Assembly: GCF_000485595.1 (NCBI RefSeq)
Contig: NW_014577071.1
Coordinates: forward strand, 402,140 to 446,078
Source: Priapulus caudatus
Taxonomy: Eukaryota
Reading direction: 5' to 3'
DNA length: 43,939 nt
Below, piece by piece: positions 26,150 to 38,200 of this stretch. Numbering within the stretch: the stretch's first letter is position 1; the number at the start of each line of letters is the position of its first letter. Below the pieces are notes generated by a model. That model did not search any database. It saw only the letters and a program-made list of their open reading frames with translations, and was not told the origin of the DNA. The position numbers and the translations under genes were made by a program.

Positions 26150-26685
26150 GTGTCGTGTTCTGTCGTGTTATATTGTGTTGTATTGAGTTGTATTGTATTG
26201 TATTGTATTGTATTGTATTGTATTGTATTGTATTGTATTGTATTGTATTGTGTTGTATTGTGTTTTGTTGTGCTGTGTTATGTTATGTTGTGTTGTGTTG
26301 TGTTGTGTTGTGTTGTGTTGTGTTGTGTTGTGTTTTGTTGTGCTGTGTTGTGTTGTGTTGTGTTGTGTTGTGTTGTGTTGTGTTGTGTTGTGTTGTGTTG
26401 TGTTGTGTTGTGTTGTGTGTGTTGGGGTTGTGTTGGGTTGTGTTGTGTTGTGTTGTGTCTTGTGTGTGTTGTGGTTGTGTTGTGTTGTCGTGTGTTGTGT
26501 TGTGTTGTCGTTGTAGTTGTGTTGTGTTGTGTTGTGTTGTGTTGTGTTGTGTTGTGTTGTGTTGTGTTGTGTTGTGTTGTGTTGTGTTGTGTTGTATTGT
26601 GCTGTGTTGTGTTGTGTTGTGTTGTGTTGTGTTATGTTGTGCTGTGTTGTGCTGTGTTATGTTGTGTTATGTTGTGTTGTGTTGC
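26150..26685 (+). repeat. Pentanucleotide microsatellite (TATTG)n/(TGTTG)n
   Basis: ~100 units, just upstream of the AK promoter. Confidence 0.96.
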
Positions 26686-26857
26686 ATGTTGTACCTATAG
26701 CTTGTAGTGTAAATATTCATGTCACATTGCTATCAAATTATATATTCGCTATTTCGCAAATTAATAAATGAACTTTCAGTAAACGGTGAACAAATATATG
26801 CTGAGTATGTTTTGGCGGCGCAACTGCGGGCAACTTGACAGTCAGCGCAAATGCCAT

Positions 26858-27090
26858 GTCATCGTATTCGATAACAAGATGAGATGGAGCGCGCATGTAG
26901 CGTCAACAAGCACCAACAAGAAGAAGAGCTCAGTAAAGTCGGAACCCTTCTGAAACGCAACGCCAGTATATCTACGCCCCCGAGGTAAAAGCTGCTTCGC
27001 CATTTTGTTTGACCCTCCGTTGAATATGCTTCATTGGCTTGCATCGATCAATAGTAGCCACTGCGTACAGCGCAGAGATGCTGCAGACGA
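26858..27090 (+). mobile_element. Degenerate non-LTR retrotransposon ORF2 fragment (CR1/L2-like, end of RT)
   Basis: Across frameshifts it reads IVFDNKMRWSAHV..SKVGTLLKR..EVK..HFV*PSVEYASLA..VQRR, matching the recalled consensus FDxKLxWxxH..RPxLEYAS..VQRRA. Confidence 0.65.
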
Positions 27091-27621
27091 AGAAAGATGC
27101 CGAAGAAGGGAATAACAATTGTCGTAAAAATCTGTTGATGTCAACCCTGGTACATGCTATCATCCAAGCACGTAGTCCAGCGCCCACCAGTCTATTGTCT
27201 AGCCCTCACCACATGTCAAGACAGTGAAGGCCTGCTACTTTAATTTCCCTACTAGTTTTCTCAGATAGTGGAATCGCATAAAGGCAAAACATAGTTATAT
27301 GCTGACTACCATGCGCTCTTTCCTTCTCACTCTCGTTGCCATTTTACCATCTTATATCATTCCGTTCTCTTCATCCTCTTTTCCTCCTCCAATCTTGCGT
27401 TTCTTTACTTTCTTATTGCCTATTATCCGGCCGTCTTTCCTACATCTCTCCATGCAACAAGTGATTTCTCCTCCTGTTCTTTTTCCTGTCCGCCTACCTG
27501 ACGTCACCTCCTTGCCCTATACTCTCATGCACTCGTGTATCGCACGAACCCAGACTAAACCCTTTGCTGGTCACATATTCAAGCTTAAGAGGTGCAATTA
27601 AATGATTTTTTTGCATAACAT

Positions 27622-27812
27622 CAGGGGCGTGTACAGGGGGGAGGGGGTCCAGGGGGTCCGGACCCCCTCCCCTGCTCGCGCAGAAAACGCATCTGAGGGG
27701 TCTAATTTCAAAATTTTCTGGGGGAGGGCCCCAGACCCCCCCTTCGCGTGCTCGCAAATTTGGGTTACGGTTAGACCCCCCCCCCCTGGTCCAAATCCTG
27801 TACACGCCCCTG
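27622..27812. mobile_element. MITE with CAGGGGCGTGTACAGG terminal inverted repeats
   Basis: 16-bp perfect TIR; flanking AACAT duplicated on both sides. Confidence 0.85.
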
Positions 27813-28350
27813 AACATACAAATATAAAAAACTCCGATAGAAAGTTTTTTCGTTGATTAGAAATGTAAGACTCGATTCATTTTGCCCAAAGAAAAACGCA
27901 GGGGCGAACGTTCTGCGGTGTACCTTGAATCGTTGATATATACGCTTCAGGGAAATCAGCTGACTGTGCGAAACGACCCCTTATGATTGCGCCTCGTAAA
28001 TAGCTGCAGCTCATTGTATGCGTAGCAGCACCATATTTGCCCACTGGCTATTCTTTACTCGACTCATGTGCAACCGGTGACTATATATAGCACGCAGCAG
28101 TCCTAATATTTATGATGAATGGTTGAAATTAATTAAAACGTTGTCCACGATTCGTAAATATGTTTCTAAACGAACTGCGGAACCTTGTACAAAAAGTTAC
28201 GGATCAGGCAAAAACGTTAATAGAGCTTTTTCGTTCGCGCACGCGTCAGACTTTCCACTTCAGCATAATTAAGTTTGCGCGCACTAAATGGCAAACTTTA
28301 CTGGCATGTAACTTACAATCGCAATATGCATTTAAGTGCACATAGTACAT

Positions 28351-28403
28351 CAAGAGTACATATTATAACAGAGATTATCTCTATTATATTATATGTACTC
28401 TTG
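28351..28403. mobile_element. 53-bp palindromic insertion with 8-bp TSD (1 mismatch)
   Basis: TAGTACAT|CAAGAGTACATA...TATGTACTCTTG|TAGTATAT. Confidence 0.6.
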
Positions 28404-30109
28404 TAGTATATGCAACTGAGTGTGTTCTATGTATAACATTTGACATTGACCCGCTTAATTTTATCGAGATTTCGTCGAGTCATTTTCTAACAGCGATGGG
28501 TGGGTATATATATATATGTCAGAAACTGACTGATAAGATGCCGTGTTACGCGCATGTCTGAGTTTTGTGAAAACGTTTGTGGGTATACCGTATAGAGCCA
28601 TAGACAGGTGGTTTGCACTACACGTCACCATAATATGTGCTTTTATAAACATGCTAAGAGTCGGATCCTTGCACTGTTGTTGCTTTATCGAGTCATCGTT
28701 ATTTTGACTGCTATTCTGGTTCTAATTCCCACCACGCGATGAATGTATTACAAACTAAGAAAAATATATCGTATTGAAACACGTCATATCAGATACGTGA
28801 AAGCCGAAAGTCACCCCCCATCGTCATGGTGTCGAATCGGTTGCCGTGATTAGTACATGATGTTGTAACGTGACCGTCTGAATAATAATGACGCGTTGGG
28901 AGACCATTGTACCTATAATTACGTTTGCACAAATCCAGTGCGTGCAGGCACCTTAAGGAACCAGCTGCCATGTTCTCAGTGGCATGCAGCACACAACCGG
29001 CGCTGCTGCCATTTCACTCCCATACACTAAATCTACCAATATATCGAAACGATCGGCCTATATTGTTTGCGTTCGACAGCACGCGTGCGGCACCGTAGAT
29101 ATCCTAATAAAAGATATGCATATAAGTAAAGTGTAGGACAGTACACATATCTGATATCTATGCGTGACACGCGCGCTGCGACCACTGTACTCTATTATAC
29201 TAACTATACTCTACTCTATATTATCTGATAATCTGAGATCAGTGGCTGCGACACAGTCAATCGATCGTTATTAATTAGGGTAGCAGCGCTATCTGGCGGA
29301 GAGCTGCCGTAACCCTTACGGGTCCCGCCCGCTAAACCGATGTATAAATACAGTGCGTAAAAATAGATACGCCGGCAATGCCGGCTTGAAATAAAACGCT
29401 CTCTGGAGGGCCTCGCCGAGCTATAAGCGTGCTTCTTCCTCGCCGGCGATCGACCGAGTACAAATTTAAACACGAAACTGGTGATCGTCGCTGCATAGCC
29501 TGCCGGTAACACACGAGGCTTCTCGCCCGGGACCAGCCGCGGGTCGTGCGCAACGTGACGTCACGTACTAGAGGCATCCGACTATATTCCCGCACAGCGA
29601 AAGGGGCCAGATATTATATCTCTCTCTCTATATATACCTACAATAGTTATGACTAGCTTGTTTCCTCACAAACCCAGCTGCTTGCAGTTTTATGTGATGT
29701 TGGCGTTTATGTTATTGGGTATATGGTTATTCGCCATCTTCAGTTTTTTTCAAACAGATTTATTATAACTAGAACGGATTTTAGCCCGTTCCAGGGCATA
29801 TGTGCTAGAAGTTTTTTGTGCTAGAGAGAGAAAGTGGTACACGCAATAATTGGTTGAAGAACATGCTAGCTCCGTCGATCCCTAGCTACTTCTTTTGATC
29901 ATGCTATAATGAACACGTGTGACCGACTACATATATTACAGACTCGCTTATCAGATTCCGGTGTATGTTCCTAAGCCAAGAAATATGTGCAATGCAATCG
30001 GATATACGGAAATATTTTCGCCGATAAAGTATTTCTATTTGCGCTGTTCATTAATTTAGGCCTGCAGGAGAGCGAGTGACGTGATTTATCTTAGCAGAAA
30101 TATCCATAT

Positions 30110-30137
30110 CAGGAGTAGATAATAGGGATATCTCCTG
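30110..30137. mobile_element. 28-bp palindromic insertion with 8-bp target-site duplication
   Basis: ATCCATAT|CAGGAG...CTCCTG|ATCCATAT. Confidence 0.6.
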
Positions 30138-30513
30138 ATCCATATGAATGTATAGGCTACGCACGCTGTTACGATGTCGTTCATGCTTATATATACTATC
30201 TGCATCCATCCCCCATGCGAGCTAGGCTGTACCAATTCGCATCAGAATAGCAATATATATAGAGACGGATGTATGGCGGACGGGGCCTATAGCAGACCGG
30301 ACCTAGCTCTTGGTTTATTACATATTCCGCCATGTTTTATTCATTCCGTGTTTTATCCCAAGTGACTGGATTTGTCTAACTTATAGACAATTAGAAATAG
30401 AAAACACCATGCATACATAGCTATAGGTTGTATACACATGTTCACGCAAGTGCCAAAAATAGACTGTTCCCACTGACCTCACAGATATCATGTCAGTCGA
30501 TAGTGCTTATAGC

Positions 30514-30522
30514 CATCATCAA

Positions 30523-30567
<45 letters not shown>
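30514..30567 (+). repeat. (ATC)n microsatellite
   Basis: Direct inspection. Confidence 0.9.
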
Positions 30568-32309
30568 TTTCTGTTGAGCTTATATAAGTATCATATCATG
30601 ATCGAAAACAGTCGGATTTCATATGCTTGAATCAAGTAGATCTGTGGTCGACTAATTTCCGTTTTCTTACGACACGGATACGTCCCGCGGTATTTCCCAA
30701 TGGGGAGCCACAATATTATTAATGAAATTGATTTGAGATTCCATCACGTACGAGTTAATCGATATGGCAACTGATCTCATCATCATCTCCCTGACGAATG
30801 AATATCGTGAACAATCTGTACAGTATGTCTCGCGGGAATCTAATTATCGGAATAGCATTTTATGATGACACGCGCGACATAAACGTAATTAATACAGCAA
30901 AACGCGCGCCACATACCGCACGTTTCTCACAAGATTGGCTCGAATTATTGCAGTAATCAGTAACGCCCTAATGAGCTACGTGCACGGGCTGCCTCGGTAG
31001 TTGCAGCGGCATTTATTATTTCTAAAGCGAATAAACGAGAGAAGGATCGATCAGCGGTAGGCATTATGACGATGGTTGCATGTGATTTACTTCGGAAACG
31101 AGCGCAATAATACTATTTACATTCTGCCCACACCACATTACAAACAGCTTTTCTGCTGTAAACAGCCTTTTAAAAACGACCTTGAAATAACTGCGAATGC
31201 ATGGTGATCGAACGTCAAGGTCGGTCATTCGAACGTGAAACTACAACCAAATGTCGCGGAAAAGTTTCGCTAGCTAGGCGCGTGGTTTTTTGTAGATCGC
31301 ATCTATAGGTTAGTGAGTGTGAATTTAGCTGCTTGCTAAACATCTTACATATACCCCGTACACCGCGGCCGCCTCCATGCATGCAAATGACTTAGCAACA
31401 GCTGGCATTCAATTACGTGCATATCACGAGCAGCTATGTGATGGGGACCGGGCTGTTGCCGGCGCACGAAAGCATTGCAATGGCTGCCATTGGGTGAGAA
31501 GCCAGCTAGGGTACGTATCCTAAATCGGTAGCGAGGCCGCACAGGCATGCATGCAGACAAACGAATGCATTTATAGACACTGACGTTCCTTGAAATTCAA
31601 GAAGGCGGAAATGAAGTATTGACTTTGTTGGTGACTGGGCTGTTTCGCCTGTTTTTTTTTTACACTTTTCCCATTCTGCGGATGATTATTGTTATGTGTA
31701 CTGTATTCCTATTTAACGCGCTCGATAAATATACAGGTTTCATTAAATAAATAATGCAGATAGTCTCGGGCAAAACACTTATGCGAAACAAACAACACGA
31801 TAACGTTTACGTATGAACAATAATCACATTATGACAATATTAGAAACAACAATTTCTGAATAACATATACATATATATATATATATATATCTGTAATAAT
31901 TTGCCGCAAACCATGGGACAACGTCGTCAAGGGTTTTCGAACGTAGATATGATTCAGATAGACGTTTATAATATATCACGATGATAATATATCCCATATA
32001 CACGGAACAACGACAAAGGAACGTGCTCGGGATACACCTGATGTTATACATAGTCAGTGCTGTTTTGCATGGACTTACTCAGACTCTTTATAAGCCAGGC
32101 CATGCTACTAAATAAGTCAACAAATTTACGTAACATCACGAGTATGTTAAGAATAGACTAAGATTAGACTATTCTTAGTCTAGTCTTAAATTAAACCATA
32201 TTAAAATACTTTTGATAACATCTATATATAAATCACTACACATTTCATTTCATCTGAGCAATTAGACTTGTTTCAGTGAGGCATACACATACCCCACGGC
32301 AAATCAAGT

Positions 32310-33067
32310 TTAGTGGGAATGTTTAGCGAATTTTAGGAATAATTAGGAGTACTGTATTAGGATTTTTAGAATAGGAATTAGAATTAGGGTATTTAGGAGT
32401 ATTTAGGAATATTTAGGAGTATTTAGCGGGAATTTTAGGGAATATTTTATAGGGAATCTTCCAATACCAAAAGTTTTTCCAGGGAATCTTTTACAGAGAA
32501 CTTTCTAGACGAAGTCCCTTTATGGGAAATTCACACTGTTGATAAAGTGATTCCTCTACAGAGAATTCTTGCTGATTATAAAAGGAATATTCCACTGGAA
32601 ACATTCAACATTCTTTATGGGAGCTTCTATAAGGAAACTTCTACAGTAAATTCTTGTCAGCGATAAAGTAAATTTTCGATAAGAAACATTCTTCAGTAAA
32701 TCTTCTATGAGGAATATTCTTCAGAGAATCTTTTATAAGAAATCTTCTACAGATAATTCTTGCTGGTGATGAAGGGAATTTTTCCACAGGAAACATTCTT
32801 CAGAGAAACTTCTTCGCGAAATCATCTGCGAGGAGTTCTTGCTGGTGATAAAAGGGGATCCTTTTCAGGGAATACTCCTGAGGGAATCTTCTACAGGAAA
32901 CTTTCTTTAATGAATCTTCTTTAAGAAATCTTTTACAGTGGGGTTTTCCTGGCGATAAAGGAAATCACCTAGAAGGAATTTTCGTAGGGGAATCTTCCAC
33001 AGGAAATCTTTTACAGAACATCTTCTACAGGGAATCTTCTACAGGGAATCTTCTACAGGGAATCTTC
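32310..33067 (+). repeat. Degenerate 14-bp minisatellite (CTACAGGGAATCTT) plus 10-bp ATTTAGGAGT repeats, downstream of and overlapping the RapGAP-BTB stop
   Basis: Three perfect units at 33025-33066 decay leftwards to ~32450; TTAGGA(G/A)T units at 32310-32450. Confidence 0.8.
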
Positions 33068-33255
33068 GCTACTGAGACTCGAGCAGCGACTTCGATGCGG
33101 ATCCGAATTGGACAGATACGTGAGCGCGGCGACGATACGATCCGCATCGATGCACATACTCGGTCTGACAACTTTAATCAGATCATTCGGCGATATCTTG
33201 TGCAGTTTCAGATCCTGGCTCAGTCTGTCCATGATGGTTTTTAGATCCTCGCTCG
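33053..33255 (-). CDS. Coding exon 13 (BACK end, stop)
   Basis: [32 protein letters not shown]...SSEDSL*; TAG at 33053-33055. Confidence 0.85.
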
Positions 33256-33804
33256 CTGGAAAAAATGACGGTTGATAATGTTTTCGATTATTACGTACAT
33301 GCAGTATGTATATTCGTGGTTAATTAAACTTAATGAGCATAATTTCGGGATTTTGGGTAAAGAAAAGCACTCGTGGTATTAGCTCTTACGCGTAAGAGGA
33401 TCTCGTCGTATATATATTTGGCGTTAATCGCGGTAAAATGATCACCAATCCTTGTCTACATATCGTATTACCTCTGCCCTTAGGATGACGTTGACGGCGC
33501 AGGTAATATTTCGCCCACGCCAACATAGACTGGAACTTCTCGATTTCCGATACGGTCCTCAGTTCCCTGCAGATGATGATGGTGAAGAAAGGTTCGCACA
33601 GAGGCAGGTAATGGCGGTTGTCTAGAAATTCGGCGGCGTTGTTGTTGATGAACTGTATGATCATGTTGACTAGTTCCATCGCGGAGTTGTAGCGCCAATA
33701 GCATTCCTCCAGATCGTTGAGCATCTGTGCAACCTGTGCCGAATGTCGTGGATACAGATCATATTAGTTTAATATATATTTAGTTTATTTTATATTATAT
33801 ATAG

Positions 33805-33863
<59 letters not shown>

Positions 33864-35248
33864 TATTCCAATCTTTATTATTTATAATTTCATACAATAA
33901 ACGTGCATATATATATATATATAATTGTATGTAATTGTATATATATATATATGTATAATATATATATACATATATAACGCATTTATCTCGGGCTATTGAT
34001 ATCTGTGAATCACTGTCTATTATTGCGCCATCTCTTATGATAGGGAGATGGTAATCGCATGAGGATCTCGTGCAAGTAAAACACGTAAACAATTTCATCT
34101 TCCGTCAATCTTCCGATTTTCTTGTCGATTCATTTCATCATAATTTCGATTTCTGAAGCTACGATGGCGTATGCAAATTAATGACTACACATGTCATTGC
34201 AGAGTTCACGCAATCATCTACTTCCTTTACCTTCGTAAACACTTCGCCGTGCGTATATTTTCGCAAGTGGGCGCAAGATAGGGTAAAAACCCACGTGATC
34301 TTTCTCAAACGGCATGTGTTACAGTTCAATAAGGCGCAAATAAACGCTGCTTACAATCACTACGGTGTGGAACAATAGGCTGGGTTTGCCACAGACTAAG
34401 AATATTCTAAGTCTATGGGTTTACTTTGTAGTGGCAAAAAAGAAGACCTACCACGCCGAGATGGACGCATTGCTTAGCGTGGTGGAAGCAGGCTTGCAGC
34501 AAATCGGGCAGGTCGTAGTACTCCGCGGCGCACAACAACCGCGGAATGATACTGCAGGTGAGCGAGCACGTGCCCGTGTGAAAGTAGTTCAGAAGGATGA
34601 GGAAAGTGTCCGGGTCAAACTCGGTGACCTCATACTAGAAACATACCATACTTTTAATTAAGGGGCCGTAGCTAGCGGGGGGCAAGAGGACAACTGTCCC
34701 CCCATATGCAAATGTAGTCACTATTACATATGCAATAACGAATTGCGCACGGTCAACTTCCCTGAACCACTGAGCTCTATATCCTGTATTTGTTAGTATA
34801 TAGACATAAATCGCCATGGTTTTACCACCACCCCACAGGCAACAGAAGTTAGCGAGGCCACTGAAAATAACACTTAGAGTAACGTTTGAATGTGATTTCC
34901 TATTATGGAGGGTACAATGGCTTATTATAATTATCTTTTGATATAATATGTGATACATTTATTGAATGATATTGATATTTAGTATTTGAGCGGTACGTAT
35001 TATTTTAGTAGATAATAAAAAAATTATACATATTATGCATATACACCGAGTTTCAAGGCTTAACATGTTGGGTAGACGTTCTCATACAAAGCAATTGAAA
35101 TAGCATCAAGTAAATGATAGTTTACCAGTGTTAATCTAGTTACTATAAGTAACAAATGTTATATTAATTTTACGTTTAATATTCGTTAATTTAATATTTT
35201 AAACTCGTCGTTAAATTAAAATTTTCTGTTTCATCTCTGACGTAAATG

Positions 35249-35290
<42 letters not shown>

Positions 35291-38200
35291 ACAGGGGAAT
35301 AACACTGTAGTCAACAGTGGTCACATATCGTCGTACCTCATCTAGATTATCTTTACTGTCGGTTGACGTATTTCGTTTCAGACTTCCATGAGTCGATTCG
35401 TTTTCGGTATCTTCCCCTATTACAGATATTTCCACATATTATATGCGAATATCATGCTACAAACGTAACGGAAGGCGACAGACAACACTATAGCTGCAGA
35501 GCCAAAATATATTATATAAAATATAAATTCAATTGTTATATGATATTATCAGGAGTTTCATAATAGAGACATATAAATTTATATACATATAATATCAGGG
35601 GTTAATAATAGACAAATTTGTCATTATTAACCCCTGATAATATATATATACTTTGTGCGGTAAGTACCAACCACAAACTGATACGGTACTTATGGACAGA
35701 CGCACGCAATCTTGGGGCGGTGTTTATCCACGAAAACGCGTTATTTATTTTAACTGTGTAAAGAAGACAGTCAAGCAAAGTCACACATGTCAAACTCACA
35801 GACTCCCTGTTGACTCTGCATTCGTTTCAGCTCGCGGCGTAGCTTCTCGTGCGAGCCGTCACTGCGACGCTTGAAGCTGAAATTTCCGAATTTGAAGATC
35901 GCACGCTTAGCTACGGGGCTACTCGGTGCGCTCTTGTTCTTGTAGCTGTCATCGGGATCAGGCACCTAAATACAGATAAATGCCGATGTAAACCCCACAA
36001 AAATACCGAAAGTATATCGTATTTAAACAACGAGAACACAGATAAATACCGATATAAAACCACAAATAAACAGACAGAACACGCATCGTCATTAAACAAA
36101 AAGAAACAAAGAAAAACAAAAGAAAACGCTGTTTGCATGCAGGTAAAAAAGTAGCCATTGGTGCAATTATACATACGCATATGGGTACCTATAATAAATA
36201 TATGTAAATACATATGTATATATATATAATACCTGTAGCATGTTGCTGTCTTTTAGACTCGTTGAGCTCAGTGAAGCTGATCTGATTCCTTTTAGGTTAT
36301 CGTAGAGCATTTCTTTGAACACGCGACTTCGCACACCAAGAATAGCTCTGACTGCGTGCAGCTTAACTTTGTTCTTTCCTGAATTCAAAAGGCAAAACGT
36401 GAATAAAAAGTGATTTAGACAGGTTCTAGACGACGAACGGAAAAAGTACGGTGTAATTTTTTATGGCGACCAACATTATACAAAACCTGTTTGGTAATAA
36501 GTTATTAAAAATCACTATGGTATTCACTGGGTTTATGCGAAATGTAAAAAAAACAGGCAAAAAACTAATTCGTGTGAGATAATCAATCTGCAGTGATTAA
36601 TTTCACGAAGATTGCATAAACATATGAACAATTTCAATAACAAAGGCTAATATACAAGTTTCCATTCGATTACGTTGAAATGGAAACTCATGTCGTCATA
36701 CCGACGATGAATGTGACGTCACAGAGCTCGGAACGTTTAAACGCAGCAGCGAAATCATTGCTCAACGTCTCAAAGCTTTCGAATGTGTCTCTCACAGAAT
36801 CCTGAAGTGGAAAGTTGGATCGCATATGGCCAATAGGTCTCCAAGAGCCGCGCCTAGAGAAACATGTTACTAATTAAAAAATGTATCATTGAAAACCACT
36901 CGCGTATGTTTTCTAAAATTCAGCCGTAATTAACTCATTAACAGAAATCAGCCGTAATCAGCTTTTTACAAGAATTGTACTCAGAATTTTACAAAGAAAT
37001 AACTATACATTATAATTTATTATGGCAATGCATGCCGTGAGAGCATTTTCTATTAACCACACTGACATCACTGCGTTCTTCGGAATATTCTTTAGCTTGG
37101 TATACGATTACCTAATGCTTCGAAAAAACCACCACGTCCGCAGAATATATTGTGGTATTTAAATAGCGGCCAATCCAAAAACAAACCGGCGTACCTGTAG
37201 GGCTGTGGTAAGGCTCCAGTGTTCGAGTGGTTGTGTAGACTGACCATCAAATCCTCGAGCATTTGTCCTCTGGTTCGGTCTTGCATTCGTGCAAACTTAG
37301 GCGCCGTGTAACTTGCTCTCTCTCCGTTCACAGTCTTTGTGAGCAACCACTCTCTGAACATCGGACCCTGAATGTGATTGTTAATTAATGAAAACTAGCA
37401 TCCCCAGAAGTGCACTGCTATAGTATTGTTGCATCAAAATACGAGCATGCCGAATCCACATGGAGTAGTGAAGCGGATCTGCGTCACAGAGAGTCACTTA
37501 CAATGCCGTGGCCAGCGGGGGCGGGGAAAGTAAAAGTTGCCCCAACACAGGAATGTATAAAATATTGATGATATTACATGATCAACATCGGCACCTTTCC
37601 AGAACAGAACCCGTACGTGGCTTTGCCCCAGGCAAAATTGGTTAGTTACGCGCACCTGCATGGTTTCACACGTCTAATATCCCTAGAAGATGCTAGCTAA
37701 ATCATGGCTAGTCACAGAACGCGTTAGTTATATCACAAACACCTCCAGAAGATGCTAGTTAATTTATTATTAGTCACAGAATGTGTTAGTTACATCACTA
37801 TCAACACCAGAATGTGCTATAGTTAAAATAATAATAGTTACGAGACGTGTTAGCTATATGACTACAACCCCATGCAGAATGTGCTAGTTAAAACAATAAT
37901 AGTTACGAGACGTGTTAGCTGTATGACTACCACTCCAGAATGTGCTAGTTAAAACAATAATAGTTACGAGACGTGTTAGCTGTATGACTACCACTCCAGA
38001 ATGTGCTAGTTAAAACAATAATAGTTACGAGACGTGTTAGCTGTATGACTACCACTTCAGAATGTGCTAGTTAAAACAATAATAGTTACGAGACGTGTTA
38101 GCTGTATGACTACCACCCCCAGAATGTGCTATGGTTAAAACAGTAATAGTCACAGCACGTGTTAGCTATATAACTATAACATCCCCAAAAGATGAGAATT

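Noticed and set aside
26024..26771. Long Cys/Val/Leu-rich ORFs
   Set aside because: Translations of the (TGTTG)n microsatellite.
29550..29570. CRE-like GTGACGTCAC sites (also ~20688, ~21746)
   Set aside because: Common in this CpG-rich sequence, with no linked transcription start evident.
34365..34661. Plus-strand ORFs overlapping real exons (also 23253-24350)
   Set aside because: Antisense shadows of minus-strand coding exons.
37682..38180. Regular repeats resembling a CRISPR array (also 1111-1300)
   Set aside because: No unique spacers, no cas genes, eukaryotic context; these are simple minisatellites.
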